Origin: Candidatus Fervidifonticultor sextus
Lineage (GTDB): Bacteria; Sysuimicrobiota; Sysuimicrobiia; Sysuimicrobiales; Humicultoraceae
DNA: 28,286 nucleotides
Reading direction: 5' to 3'
Assembly: GCA_031459875.1 (NCBI GenBank)
Contig: JAVKHQ010000034.1
Location: forward strand, 1 to 28,286
Shown here: positions 15,686 to 25,691 of the stretch, one piece after another
How the letters are laid out: every line of letters begins with the position of its first letter
Numbering within the stretch: the stretch's first letter is position 1
Made by a program: the position numbers and the translations under genes
The notes under the pieces: model-generated
The model's input: only the letters and a program-made list of their open reading frames with translations
The model's database searches: none
What the model was told of the DNA's origin: nothing

Positions 15686-17382
15686 ATGGCTGAGGCGGGC
15701 GCGCTGACCGCCGGCCCTCCCCAGAGGAGCCAGGAGTGGCGCCGGCTGCTGGCGGATCCCATGGTGCTGCTGGCGGCGGTGCTGATCCAGGTCGCCCTCC
15801 TCATCTTTATCGTCTGGCCGCTCCTCCGCGTCCTGATCGTCAGCCTGACGCCGGGCGGAGCCTTCTCGCTCGACGCCTACCGCGCGCAACTCAGTTCCTG
15901 GTACGTCCAGCGTGCGGTCTCCAACAGCCTGCTGGTGGGAGTCCTGACGGCCGCCGCCAGCGTGGCGGTTGGGTTCGCCTATGCCTACACCCTGGTGCGG
16001 ACGGCGGTCCCGCTGCGGCGGCTGCTCCACCTGCTGGCCATCCTGCCGATCGTGTCGCCGCCGTTCGTCTCCTCGATCGCCATCATCCTGTTGTTCGGCC
16101 GGGGCGGGATCATCACGTCGGGCCTGCTGGGGCTGCGGGACTTCCACATCTACGGCTTCAAGGGGCTGCTGCTGGCGCAGGTCATGACGTTTGCGCCGGT
16201 GGCCTACCTGGTGCTGCGGGGCGTGCTGGAGGGGATCGACCCCACCCTGGAGGATGCGGCGCTCAACCTGGGTGCCGGGCGCGCGACGGTCTTCCGGCGG
16301 GTGACCCTGCCCCTGGCGGTTCCGGGCATCACCAGCGCCTTCCTGGTGGTCTTCATCGAGTCGCTGGCGGACTTCGGCAACCCGCTGCTGCTGGCCGGGA
16401 GCGCCTTTCCGGTGCTCTCGGTGCAGGCCTACCTCCAGATCACCGGGATGTTCAACCTGCAGGCGGGCGCGGCGCTCTCGGTCCTGCTGCTGCTCCCCTC
16501 GGTGGCGGCCTTCCTGCTCTACCGGCTTGTCGTGGGACGCCGGCGCTACGTCACCGTCACCGGGAAACCTGGCCGCTCGTCGCTGAAGGCGACGAGCCCG
16601 GTGGCCACGTGGATCCTGTTCGGCCTGACGGCCCTGTTCGCGTCGGTCGTGGTCATGTTCTACGCGGTCATCGTCGTGGGCGCGTTCGCGCGGACGTGGG
16701 GGGTGGACAACCGGCCGTCGCTGGAGGCGATGCGCTACGTGGTGAGCGTGGGGTGGGAGACGATCAAGGACACGCTCGCCATTGCCGTGACCTCCACGCC
16801 GATCTCGGGCCTGCTGGGGATGGCGATTGCGTTCCTCGTGGTGCGCCGGCGCTTCCCCGGGCGGGGCGGGCTCGAACTCACCTCGCTGCTCAATTTCGCG
16901 CTGCCGGGCACGGTGGTCGGCATCGGCTACATCCTGGCCTTCAACCAGCGCCCGCTGCTGCTGACCGGGACCATGGCCATCCTGGTCGCCTGCTTCGTCT
17001 TCCGGTATGTGCCGGTCGGCATCCAGGCCGGCATCGCGGTGCTGCGCCAGATCGACCCCGCCATTGAGGAGGCGGCGCAGAACCTCGGGGCCTCCAGCGC
17101 CCTGACCTTCCGGCGGGTGACCCTGCCGCTGGTCCGGCCGGCCTTCTTCTCGGCGCTGGTCTTTGCCTTCGTGCGCGCCATGACCGCCATCAGCGCCGCG
17201 GTCTTCCTGGTCTCGGCCAACTGGAACTTGATGACCGTGCAGATCCTCAGCGAGGTGGGCTCGGGCCGGTACAACGCGGCCGCGGCGTACAGCCTGGTGC
17301 TGCTGGGCATCGTCGTGGCGGCCATCGGCACCATCGGCCTGCTGCTCCGCGGCGGCTACAGCCCGGTCCAGGGGAGGTTCCT

Positions 17383-17386
<4 letters not shown>
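15686..17386 (+). CDS. ABC transporter permease, AfuB/FbpB type (two fused TM domains)
   Basis: Two EAA-like loops (IDPTLEDAALNLGA, IDPAIEEAAQNLGA); ESLADFGNP; LPGTVVGIGYILAFN. Confidence 0.95.
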
Positions 17387-18507
<1,121 letters not shown>

Positions 18508-18531
18508 CAGCCGCAGATGCACGAGGATCGG

Positions 18532-20532
18532 ATGTCCCGCCGTCCCGTTGAGATCGACGACCTGCTGCGGATCCGCTTCCCCCACGCGCCCGCCCTGTCG
18601 CCGGACGGTCGGCGCGTGGTCTGCGCCCTCGGCCGCCTGGACTTCGAGGCGAACGACTGGCGCAGCCAGCTGTGGGTGGTTCCCACCGCCGGCGGCCCGC
18701 CCGTCCCCTTCACCGCCGACGAGGCCCGCGACACCCAGCCGGTGTGGGCGCCGGACGGCCGGTGGATCGCGTTCCTCTCCAACCGCGCCGGGAAGCGACG
18801 GGGCCGCCGTCGGGCGGCGATGCAGCTGTGGCTCATCCCCGCCGACGGCGGGGAGGCGCGGCAGTTGACCTTCTTCGCGGCCGGCGTGGGTCAACCGGCC
18901 TGGTCCCCGGACGGGAGCACCCTGGCCTTCGTCACGCGGGGGACGCCGGACCGGCGTGAGCCCGAGGCAGCAGACAGAGAAGACGAGGTGATCGTCCGGG
19001 AGATCACCCGCGGCAAGTACAAGTTCGACGGCATGGGGTTTCTGGAAGGCTACGCGCACGTGTGGACCGTCGCGGCGGACGGCGGGGAGCCGGTCCGGCT
19101 CACCGACGGGGAGTTCGACCACGAGTTCCCGGTCTGGCTGCCCTCGGGCCGCGAGATCGTCTTCGTGGCCAACCGGTCGCCTGACGCCGACTTCTCGTTC
19201 GTGCGCGACCTCTGGGCGGTGGATGTCCAGACGCGCGCCCTGCGGCGGCTCACCCGGCACGCGGGCCCGGCGACGTCGCCTTCACCGTCCCCCGACGGAC
19301 GGTGGGTCGCCTTCGCCGGTCACGACTTCCACGCCAAGAGCGCCACCAACACGGGCATCTGGGTCGTGCCCGCCGCCGGCGGCGACGCCTCCAACCTGAC
19401 CGCGGCATTCGACCGGTCTGTGGGCAACGCCGTGGGGACCGATGTGCGGATCACCCCGCAGGCTCCCACGATCGCCTGGACCGCCGATGGTGCCGGCCTC
19501 GTCTTCTACGCCACAGACCGCGGGAGCACGCACCTGTACCGGGTCGCCCTCGCCGACCGGACGGTCGAGCCACTGACCGAGGGTGAGGAGGTGATCGCCG
19601 ACCTCTCGGCGTCGGCCGGGCAGGTCGTCTACCAGCGCCTGACCCCGACCACGCTGGATGAACTCTGGCTCCTGCCGGAGGTGGGCGGGCCGCGACGTCT
19701 CACGGCGTTCAACGACGACCTGCTGGCCCACCTCGAGGTTCCCCACCTGCGGCGGTTCACCTTCGCCGGCGTCGGCGGGTGGCCGATGGAGGGATGGATC
19801 CGCACCCCGGCGTCGTTCGATCCCGGCCGGAAGTACCCGGCGGTCCTGCGCATCCACGGGGGCCCGCACGCGGCCTACGGCCATGCCTTCAGCCACTATG
19901 CGGCGGTGCTGGTCTCCCGCGGATACGTGGTCGTGGAGACCAACCCGCGGGGCAGCCAGGGCTACGGGGAAGCGTTCACCCAGGCGGTCATCGGCGACTG
20001 GGGCGGGGATGACAGCCGGGACATCCTACTGGGGCTCGATGCGGCCATCGCGCAGGGTTTCATCGATCCCGACCGCATCGCCGTGGCCGGCGGGTCGTAT
20101 GGGGGCTTCATGACCAACTGGCTCATCGGGCACACCGGGCGGTTCCGGTGCGCGGTCAGCGAGGTCTCTGTCAGCAACCTCCACAGTTTCTACGGGACCA
20201 GCGACATCGGGGCCACCTGGGGCGAGGTGGAGTGGGGGGCCAGTCCGTGGGACGACCCGCAGCGGCTGCTGGCGCATTCCCCGCTGATGCACGTCACGCA
20301 GGTTACCACGCCGGTCCTCATCACCGCCAACGAGGCCGACCACCGCTGCCCGGTGGAGCAATCCGAGCAGTTCTACGTGGCCCTGCGGAAGCTGGGCCGG
20401 GAGGCCGTCTTCCTGCGCTTCCAGGACGAGAGCCATACGATGGCGTCCGCCGGCCGGCCCAGGCCGCGGATCGAACGGCTTCGCCGCCTGGCGGCGTGGT
20501 TTGACCGGTTCCTCCGGCCGGAGGCCGGGTAG
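18532..20532 (+). CDS. S9 family peptidase (second paralogue)
   Basis: GAGGA SD; SPDG repeats; IHGGPH, NPRGSQGYG, GGSYGG, ADHRCP, ESHTM. Alternative start 18517. Confidence 0.95.
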   Translation: MSRRPVEIDDLLRIRFPHAPALSPDGRRVVCALGRLDFEANDWRSQLWVVPTAGGPPVPFTADEARDTQPVWAPDGRWIAFLSNRAGKRRGRRRAAMQLWLIPADGGEARQLTFFAAGVGQPAWSPDGSTLAFVTRGTPDRREPEAADREDEVIVREITRGKYKFDGMGFLEGYAHVWTVAADGGEPVRLTDGEFDHEFPVWLPSGREIVFVANRSPDADFSFVRDLWAVDVQTRALRRLTRHAGPATSPSPSPDGRWVAFAGHDFHAKSATNTGIWVVPAAGGDASNLTAAFDRSVGNAVGTDVRITPQAPTIAWTADGAGLVFYATDRGSTHLYRVALADRTVEPLTEGEEVIADLSASAGQVVYQRLTPTTLDELWLLPEVGGPRRLTAFNDDLLAHLEVPHLRRFTFAGVGGWPMEGWIRTPASFDPGRKYPAVLRIHGGPHAAYGHAFSHYAAVLVSRGYVVVETNPRGSQGYGEAFTQAVIGDWGGDDSRDILLGLDAAIAQGFIDPDRIAVAGGSYGGFMTNWLIGHTGRFRCAVSEVSVSNLHSFYGTSDIGATWGEVEWGASPWDDPQRLLAHSPLMHVTQVTTPVLITANEADHRCPVEQSEQFYVALRKLGREAVFLRFQDESHTMASAGRPRPRIERLRRLAAWFDRFLRPEAG

Positions 20533-20577
20533 GCCGGGATCCAGCAGGAGGAGTTCGCGGCCTGGGAGTGGTAGTTT

Positions 20578-20599
20578 TGGTCATTACCGGTCATTACCA
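20578..20599. promoter_or_regulatory. Tandem candidate operator (GGTCATTACC x2) for the adjacent GntR/HutC regulator
   Basis: Exact 10-bp tandem repeat at 20579-20588 and 20589-20598; each unit is a GGT-N4-ACC pseudo-palindrome; AT-rich patch about 45 nt before the gntR ATG. Confidence 0.6.
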
Positions 20600-20644
20600 G
20601 TCCGCGCCACGGGTTGGCGGCGTACCCAGGAGGGCCACCGCCGG

Positions 20645-21403
20645 ATGAAACTCCATCGTGAGGCCGCGACGCCGCTCCACAGGCAGCTGGGGGCCGACTT
20701 GGTGCGCAGCATCCGGTCCGGGCGGTTCCGTCCCGGACAGCGCATCCCCTCCGAACGGGAGATCTGTGCGACGTACGGCGTGAGCCGGACCACCGTGCGA
20801 CAGACCATCAGCGACCTCGTGGCGTCGGGCCTGTTGATCCGCGTGCCGGCGCGGGGGACCTTCGTGGCCGGCCCCAAGATCGATCAGGACCTGACGCGAG
20901 TGGTCCGGTTCTCCGAGGCCGTCGCAGCGGCCGGGTACAAGCCGTCAGCGCGGCTGCTCGGCGTCCGCACGGCCCCCGCACCACCTCCGGCCTCAAAGGC
21001 CCTGGGGCTGCCGGCCGGGGAACCGGTGGTCGTGGTGGACATGTTGAGCCTCGGCGACGGCGCGCCGCTGGCCCTCTACCGGATCCACCTGCCGGTCGAG
21101 ACCGGCGACCCCACAGCCCGCGCCCTGCTGGCCGCCGAGGCCGAAGGGCGTGTGACCTTCGGGCTGGTCCTGGAGCACGTCAGGCGTGTGAGCGGGCTTG
21201 AGCCGGCGCAGGTGGTGCAGACCTATGAGGCGGCCCCGGCACCCGAGGAGATTGCCCGGATCCTGGGGATTCCCGAGGGTGCGGCCATCGTGACCAGCGC
21301 CCGCACCGTGCTCACGGCGGCGGGGGTCCCGATCACCCACGACCAGGTCTACTATCGCGGCGATCGGTACCGGTTCACGATCCGGCGCGCGTACTCACTG
21401 TAG
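20645..21403 (+). CDS. GntR family transcriptional regulator, HutC subfamily (UTRA domain)
   Basis: PGQRIPSEREICATYGVSRTTVRQ...RGTFV wHTH; C-terminal YYRGDRYRF typical of UTRA. Confidence 0.95.
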   Translation: MKLHREAATPLHRQLGADLVRSIRSGRFRPGQRIPSEREICATYGVSRTTVRQTISDLVASGLLIRVPARGTFVAGPKIDQDLTRVVRFSEAVAAAGYKPSARLLGVRTAPAPPPASKALGLPAGEPVVVVDMLSLGDGAPLALYRIHLPVETGDPTARALLAAEAEGRVTFGLVLEHVRRVSGLEPAQVVQTYEAAPAPEEIARILGIPEGAAIVTSARTVLTAAGVPITHDQVYYRGDRYRFTIRRAYSL

Positions 21404-21468
21404 GCCGTTGTGTGACGCGTTTCAGGCTCACTGAACCAGGCATCACGTCTGCGGAGGGGGGAGGCGCA

Positions 21469-23016
21469 ATGCACCGACAGCGTCTTGCGGCAGCAGTGGC
21501 GGTGGCGGTCCTGGCCCTGGGGATCTGGGCGCCGGCTGGCGCCCAGGAGCGAACCCTGGCGTTCGCGCTCGACACCGAGGCGTTCCGCCGTCCCGAGGCC
21601 GAGGCCATCGCGGACAACCTGCGCGCGCTGGGCATCCAGACCGAGGTCCGTGTCTGGGAGCGCACCAGCCTGATCGCGCGCATCCAGGCGGGCGAGCGGC
21701 AGGCGTACCTGACCGACTGGGGCAGCGCGTTCTTCGATCCCTACGACCTGGCCGAGCCCAAATTTACCACGGGCGGCAGGGGGAACTTCTCCTTCTACAG
21801 CAACAAAGAGGTGGACGACCTCCTGGTCGCCGGATCCACCGGGACCGACAACGCGCGCCGCCGCGACGCGTACTTCAAGGTCCAGGAGATCCTGTTCCGC
21901 GAGGCCCCGTGGGTCTTCGGCTACTTCCGCCAGGACACCCACGGCGCCAGCACGCTGGTGGAGAACTGGGAGCCCGCCATGGACAGCCGGATCAACCTCC
22001 ACGACGTCCGGCTGGCGCGCGGCGGTGTCGTCGCCGTTGGCATGAACACCAACGCGATCGTGACGTTCGACCCGGCGATGTTCCGCGACCGGAAGACCGA
22101 GACCGTCCTGCGCAACATCTTCGACGGGTTGGTCACCCGGACCACGCGGGACAAGGTGGTCCTCGAGCTGGCAGCGGCCATGCGGCAGCTCTCGCCCACG
22201 GTCTACGAGTTCACCCTCCGCCCCGGCGTGGTGTTCCACACCGGCGATGCCATGACCGCCGACGACGTCGTGTTCACCTTCGAGCGGATCCTCAAGGAGG
22301 GTGCCGTGGGCGGCCAGAGCAGCCCGCGCAAGGCCTTGCTGGGCCCCCTGGACAGGGTCGAACGGGTTGGCGACAACGTTGTCCGGTTCACCCTGGCACG
22401 GCCGTTCCCGGTCTTCCTGCAGGCGCTGGTCCACTTTCAGATTGTCCCCAGACGCTACATCCAGACGGTCGGCGACCGGGCCTTTGCCGAGCGGCCGATG
22501 GGAACCGGCCCGTTCAAGTACCTCGCGGGCCGCGTGGATTCCCAGATCGTCCTGGAGCGGTTCGAGCAATACTACGGCGGCGCGCCCGAACTCCCGCCGG
22601 TGGGCCCGGCGTCGCTGCGGGGGGTCGTGTTCCGCATGATGCCGGAACCGGCCACCCGCGTGGCGGCGCTCAAGGCCGGCGAGGTGCACATCATCGAGGA
22701 CGTGCCGGTCGACCTCATCGGCGAACTCGAGCGTGATCCGCGCACGGCGGTCAGGGCGACCCAGGGCACCCGTGTCTTCGGCATCGAGTTGAACAACGCC
22801 AGGCCGCCCTTCAACGACGTGAAGGTCCGCCAGGCGCTGAACTACGCGGTCAACTGGGAGGCCATCCTCCGGGCGGTCTACCGCGGCTACGCCACGCGGC
22901 TGTCCACGGCGTTTCTGCCGAGTGGCTTTGGCTACAACCCCCGCCAGCAGGCGTATCCCTACGACCCGGCCCGGGCGCGCGCACTGCTGAGGGAAGCGGG
23001 GTACGCCGTGCGGTAG
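21469..23016 (+). CDS. Family-5 (DppA/OppA/NikA-like) solute-binding protein, circularly permuted
   Basis: GGAGG SD; signal ending APAGA|Q. All SBP_bac_5 motif blocks are present but in rotated order (see findings). Confidence 0.92.
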   Translation: MHRQRLAAAVAVAVLALGIWAPAGAQERTLAFALDTEAFRRPEAEAIADNLRALGIQTEVRVWERTSLIARIQAGERQAYLTDWGSAFFDPYDLAEPKFTTGGRGNFSFYSNKEVDDLLVAGSTGTDNARRRDAYFKVQEILFREAPWVFGYFRQDTHGASTLVENWEPAMDSRINLHDVRLARGGVVAVGMNTNAIVTFDPAMFRDRKTETVLRNIFDGLVTRTTRDKVVLELAAAMRQLSPTVYEFTLRPGVVFHTGDAMTADDVVFTFERILKEGAVGGQSSPRKALLGPLDRVERVGDNVVRFTLARPFPVFLQALVHFQIVPRRYIQTVGDRAFAERPMGTGPFKYLAGRVDSQIVLERFEQYYGGAPELPPVGPASLRGVVFRMMPEPATRVAALKAGEVHIIEDVPVDLIGELERDPRTAVRATQGTRVFGIELNNARPPFNDVKVRQALNYAVNWEAILRAVYRGYATRLSTAFLPSGFGYNPRQQAYPYDPARARALLREAGYAVR

Positions 23017-23019
23017 GTC

Positions 23020-24030
23020 ATGCGGGCGGTCGTCCTGGCGCGCCGCGTCCTGACGACGATCCCGATCATGTTCGGGGTGGCGGTGATCGTCTTCGTGGTG
23101 ATGCGGATGCTGCCCGGCGACCCGGTGGATGTCATCCTGGGACAGGCGGGGGCGGCCTCGCAGCAAGACCTGGACCGCCTCAGGCAGGATTTCTACCTGG
23201 ACCGCCCGCTGGGGGAGCAACTGCTGCGCTTCATCGCCGGGGCGGCGCGCGGCGACCTCGGCACGTCGTTCGCGCGCCGCCGGCCGGTCTTCGCCATGCT
23301 GGTGGAGGCGCTGCCGGCGACGGTCGAGCTGGCGCTGGCCGCCACCCTCATCGCGCTGGCGGTGGCCATCCCGGTCGGCGTCCTCTCGGCCGTCTACCAG
23401 CGGTCATGGCTCGACCGCCTGGCGATGGGCGGGGCCTTCCTGGGCATCTCCATGCCGGCCTTCTGGCTGGGGATCGTGGCGATCATGGTGTTTGCCGTGC
23501 GGCTGGGGTGGTTTCCCACCTCGGGCCGGCTGAGTCACGAGGTCTTGCTGGCGCCCACCACGGGCTTCGTCCTGGTGGATAGCGTGCTGGCGCGCAACTG
23601 GGCGGCGCTGGCCGACGGGCTTCGCCACCTGGTCCTGCCAGCCGCCGTGCTCGGCGCGGGCCTGCTGGCCATCGTGGCCCGCGTGATGCGGTCCAGCATG
23701 CTCGAGGTGCTGCGCGAGCAGTACGTGACGACCGCCCGCTCCAAGGGGCTGGCCGGCCGCCTCGTGATCTGGCGGCACGCGATGCGCAACGCGCTCATCC
23801 CTACGGTGACCGTGGTTGGCCTGCAACTCGGCGTGCTGCTGGGCGGCAACATGATCGTCGAGACGGTGTTTGGGTGGCCCGGGATGGGCCGTCTGGTGGT
23901 CGAGGCGATCTTCAACCGCGACTACCCGGTGGTGCAGGGCGCGGTCATGCTCTACGCGATGACCTTCGTGCTGGCCAACCTGGCGGTGGACCTGTGCTAC
24001 ATCTACCTGGACCCGCGCATCGCGCTGTAG
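23020..24030 (+). CDS. dppB: Peptide/nickel ABC transporter permease (DppB-like)
   Basis: LPGDPV, GDLGTS, ISMPAFWLG, RSSMLEVLREQYVTTARSKGL, HAMRNAL, ETVFGWPGMG, RDYPVVQG, LDPRI. Confidence 0.93.
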   Translation: MRAVVLARRVLTTIPIMFGVAVIVFVVMRMLPGDPVDVILGQAGAASQQDLDRLRQDFYLDRPLGEQLLRFIAGAARGDLGTSFARRRPVFAMLVEALPATVELALAATLIALAVAIPVGVLSAVYQRSWLDRLAMGGAFLGISMPAFWLGIVAIMVFAVRLGWFPTSGRLSHEVLLAPTTGFVLVDSVLARNWAALADGLRHLVLPAAVLGAGLLAIVARVMRSSMLEVLREQYVTTARSKGLAGRLVIWRHAMRNALIPTVTVVGLQLGVLLGGNMIVETVFGWPGMGRLVVEAIFNRDYPVVQGAVMLYAMTFVLANLAVDLCYIYLDPRIAL

Positions 24031-24041
24031 GGGGACGCGCC

Positions 24042-24938
24042 GTGGGCACGGTCACTGTCGCGATCCCTCCCCTGGGGGCCCGGCGCGGTGTCGGCACGGC
24101 GGCTCGCCTGGCCCGCCATCCGTCCGCGGTGGTCGGCGCCGTCGTCGTCGCCGTGATGGCCGGCCTGGCGGTGCTGGCGCCACTGGCGGCGCCGTTCGAT
24201 CCGGGCGCCTCACGGCTGGAGGGCCGTCTGGCGCCGCCCGCGTGGCTGGCCGGTGGGGCTGCGGGCCACTGGCTGGGCACCGACGGTCTGGGGCGCGACA
24301 TCTGGTCGCGCATCATCTATGGCGGCCGCGTCTCGCTGCTGGTCGGCCTGGCGGCCACGGTGCTGTCGCTGGTCCCGGGGCTGATCCTGGGACTGGCCGC
24401 CGGGTTCTTCCGCGGCGCGACAGACGCAGCGCTCTCACGCTTCGCCGAACTGCTGATGGCCTTTCCACATCTGATCTTCGCCATCGGTGTGATGGCCGCG
24501 CTGGGGCCCGGGTTCTGGAACCTGGTCATGGCGCTGGCCTTCAAGGGATGGGTGGAGTTCTTCCGCGTGGCGAGGGGGGACACGCTCAGCCAGAGCTCCC
24601 GCGAGTACGTGGGCGCGGCGCGGGCCCTGGGGGCCTCGGGCGCGCGCATCCTGGGCCGGCACATCCTCCCCAACATGATCCACACCAGCCTGGTGCTCGG
24701 CACGCTGCGCATGGGCCACTTCATCGTGCTGGAGGCGTCGCTGTCGTTTCTGGGCATGGGCCTGCCGCCGCGCCTGCCGGCCTGGGGCTCCATGGTGGCC
24801 GACGGCCGCGAGGTCATGCTGACCGCGTGGTGGGTGTCCACCTTCCCGGGGCTGGCCATCGTGTTCCTGGTCCTGGCGGTGAACCTGATCGGGGAGGGGC
24901 TGCGGGACGTCCTGGACCCGCGGCTGCGGTCGGAATGA
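24042..24938 (+). CDS. dppC: Peptide/nickel ABC transporter permease (DppC-like)
   Basis: HWLGTDGLGRDIWSRIIYGGRVSL, EYVGAARALGAS, HILPN, EASLSFLGMG, NLIGEGLRDVLDPR; GTG start at 24042. Confidence 0.93.
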   Translation: MGTVTVAIPPLGARRGVGTAARLARHPSAVVGAVVVAVMAGLAVLAPLAAPFDPGASRLEGRLAPPAWLAGGAAGHWLGTDGLGRDIWSRIIYGGRVSLLVGLAATVLSLVPGLILGLAAGFFRGATDAALSRFAELLMAFPHLIFAIGVMAALGPGFWNLVMALAFKGWVEFFRVARGDTLSQSSREYVGAARALGASGARILGRHILPNMIHTSLVLGTLRMGHFIVLEASLSFLGMGLPPRLPAWGSMVADGREVMLTAWWVSTFPGLAIVFLVLAVNLIGEGLRDVLDPRLRSE

Positions 24939-25681
24939 GCCCGCGCACACCGCGGGCCGCCACGCGCCCGGTGGTGGGGATCGCGGTGCCCCCTGCCGCG
25001 CGGCGCGTCGGCGTGGACTTCGGCAATGACGCCCTCTACGCCGCGGCGGTGACCCGGGCGGGCGGCATCCCGGTGTTCCTGCCCGCAGACGTCGGGGAGG
25101 CCGAGGCGCGGACGCTCGCCCGCCGGCTGGATGCGCTCCTGTTGACCGGAGGCCGACGTCTGCCTCCGGGCTATTTCGTCCAGCATCCCAGGCCGACGCT
25201 TCGGGAGACGGATCCGGTCCGCTACCGGTTCGACCACGCGCTGGTCCTGGAGGCGTGCGCGCGCGGTCTGCCGGTGCTGGGGATCTGCCGGGGCATGCAG
25301 GTGCTCAACGAGGTCCTGGGCGGGACCCTGGTGCCGAACCTGGCCCTCGATTGGCCGGGCGCGCTCGAGCACGGGCAGGCAAAGCCCGCGCAGCAGACGA
25401 CGCACCAGATCCGGATCGCGACATGCAGCCGGCTGCAGTTGGCGATCGGCGAGACGCAGATGCGCGTCAACTCGCATCACCGGCAGGCCGTCGCCACACC
25501 CGGGGTGGGGTTGACGCCCGTCGCCTGGGCCAGCGACGGCGTGATCGAAGCCGTCGAAGCGCCCGGCGGTCCGTTCCTGGTGGGAGTCCAGTTCCATCCC
25601 GAAGCCCTGATCCGACGCGACGGCCGCTGGCTCGGCCTGTTTGAGGCGCTGGTGGCCGCGGCGCGCCGGCAGACGACATGA
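24935..25681 (+). CDS. Peptidase C26 / PuuD-like gamma-glutamyl hydrolase (class I glutamine amidotransferase fold)
   Basis: RPVVGI, LGICRGMQVLN (Cys), VNSHHRQAV, DGVIEAVE, GVQFHPE (His-Glu); ATGA overlap with dppC. Confidence 0.9.
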   Translation: MSPRTPRAATRPVVGIAVPPAARRVGVDFGNDALYAAAVTRAGGIPVFLPADVGEAEARTLARRLDALLLTGGRRLPPGYFVQHPRPTLRETDPVRYRFDHALVLEACARGLPVLGICRGMQVLNEVLGGTLVPNLALDWPGALEHGQAKPAQQTTHQIRIATCSRLQLAIGETQMRVNSHHRQAVATPGVGLTPVAWASDGVIEAVEAPGGPFLVGVQFHPEALIRRDGRWLGLFEALVAAARRQTT

Positions 25682-25691
25682 GGAGGCCTCC

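Noticed and set aside
21411..21426. CRP/FNR-like site TGTGA-N6-TCAGG before the permuted SBP
   Set aside because: Second half-site is poor and no associated promoter is evident.
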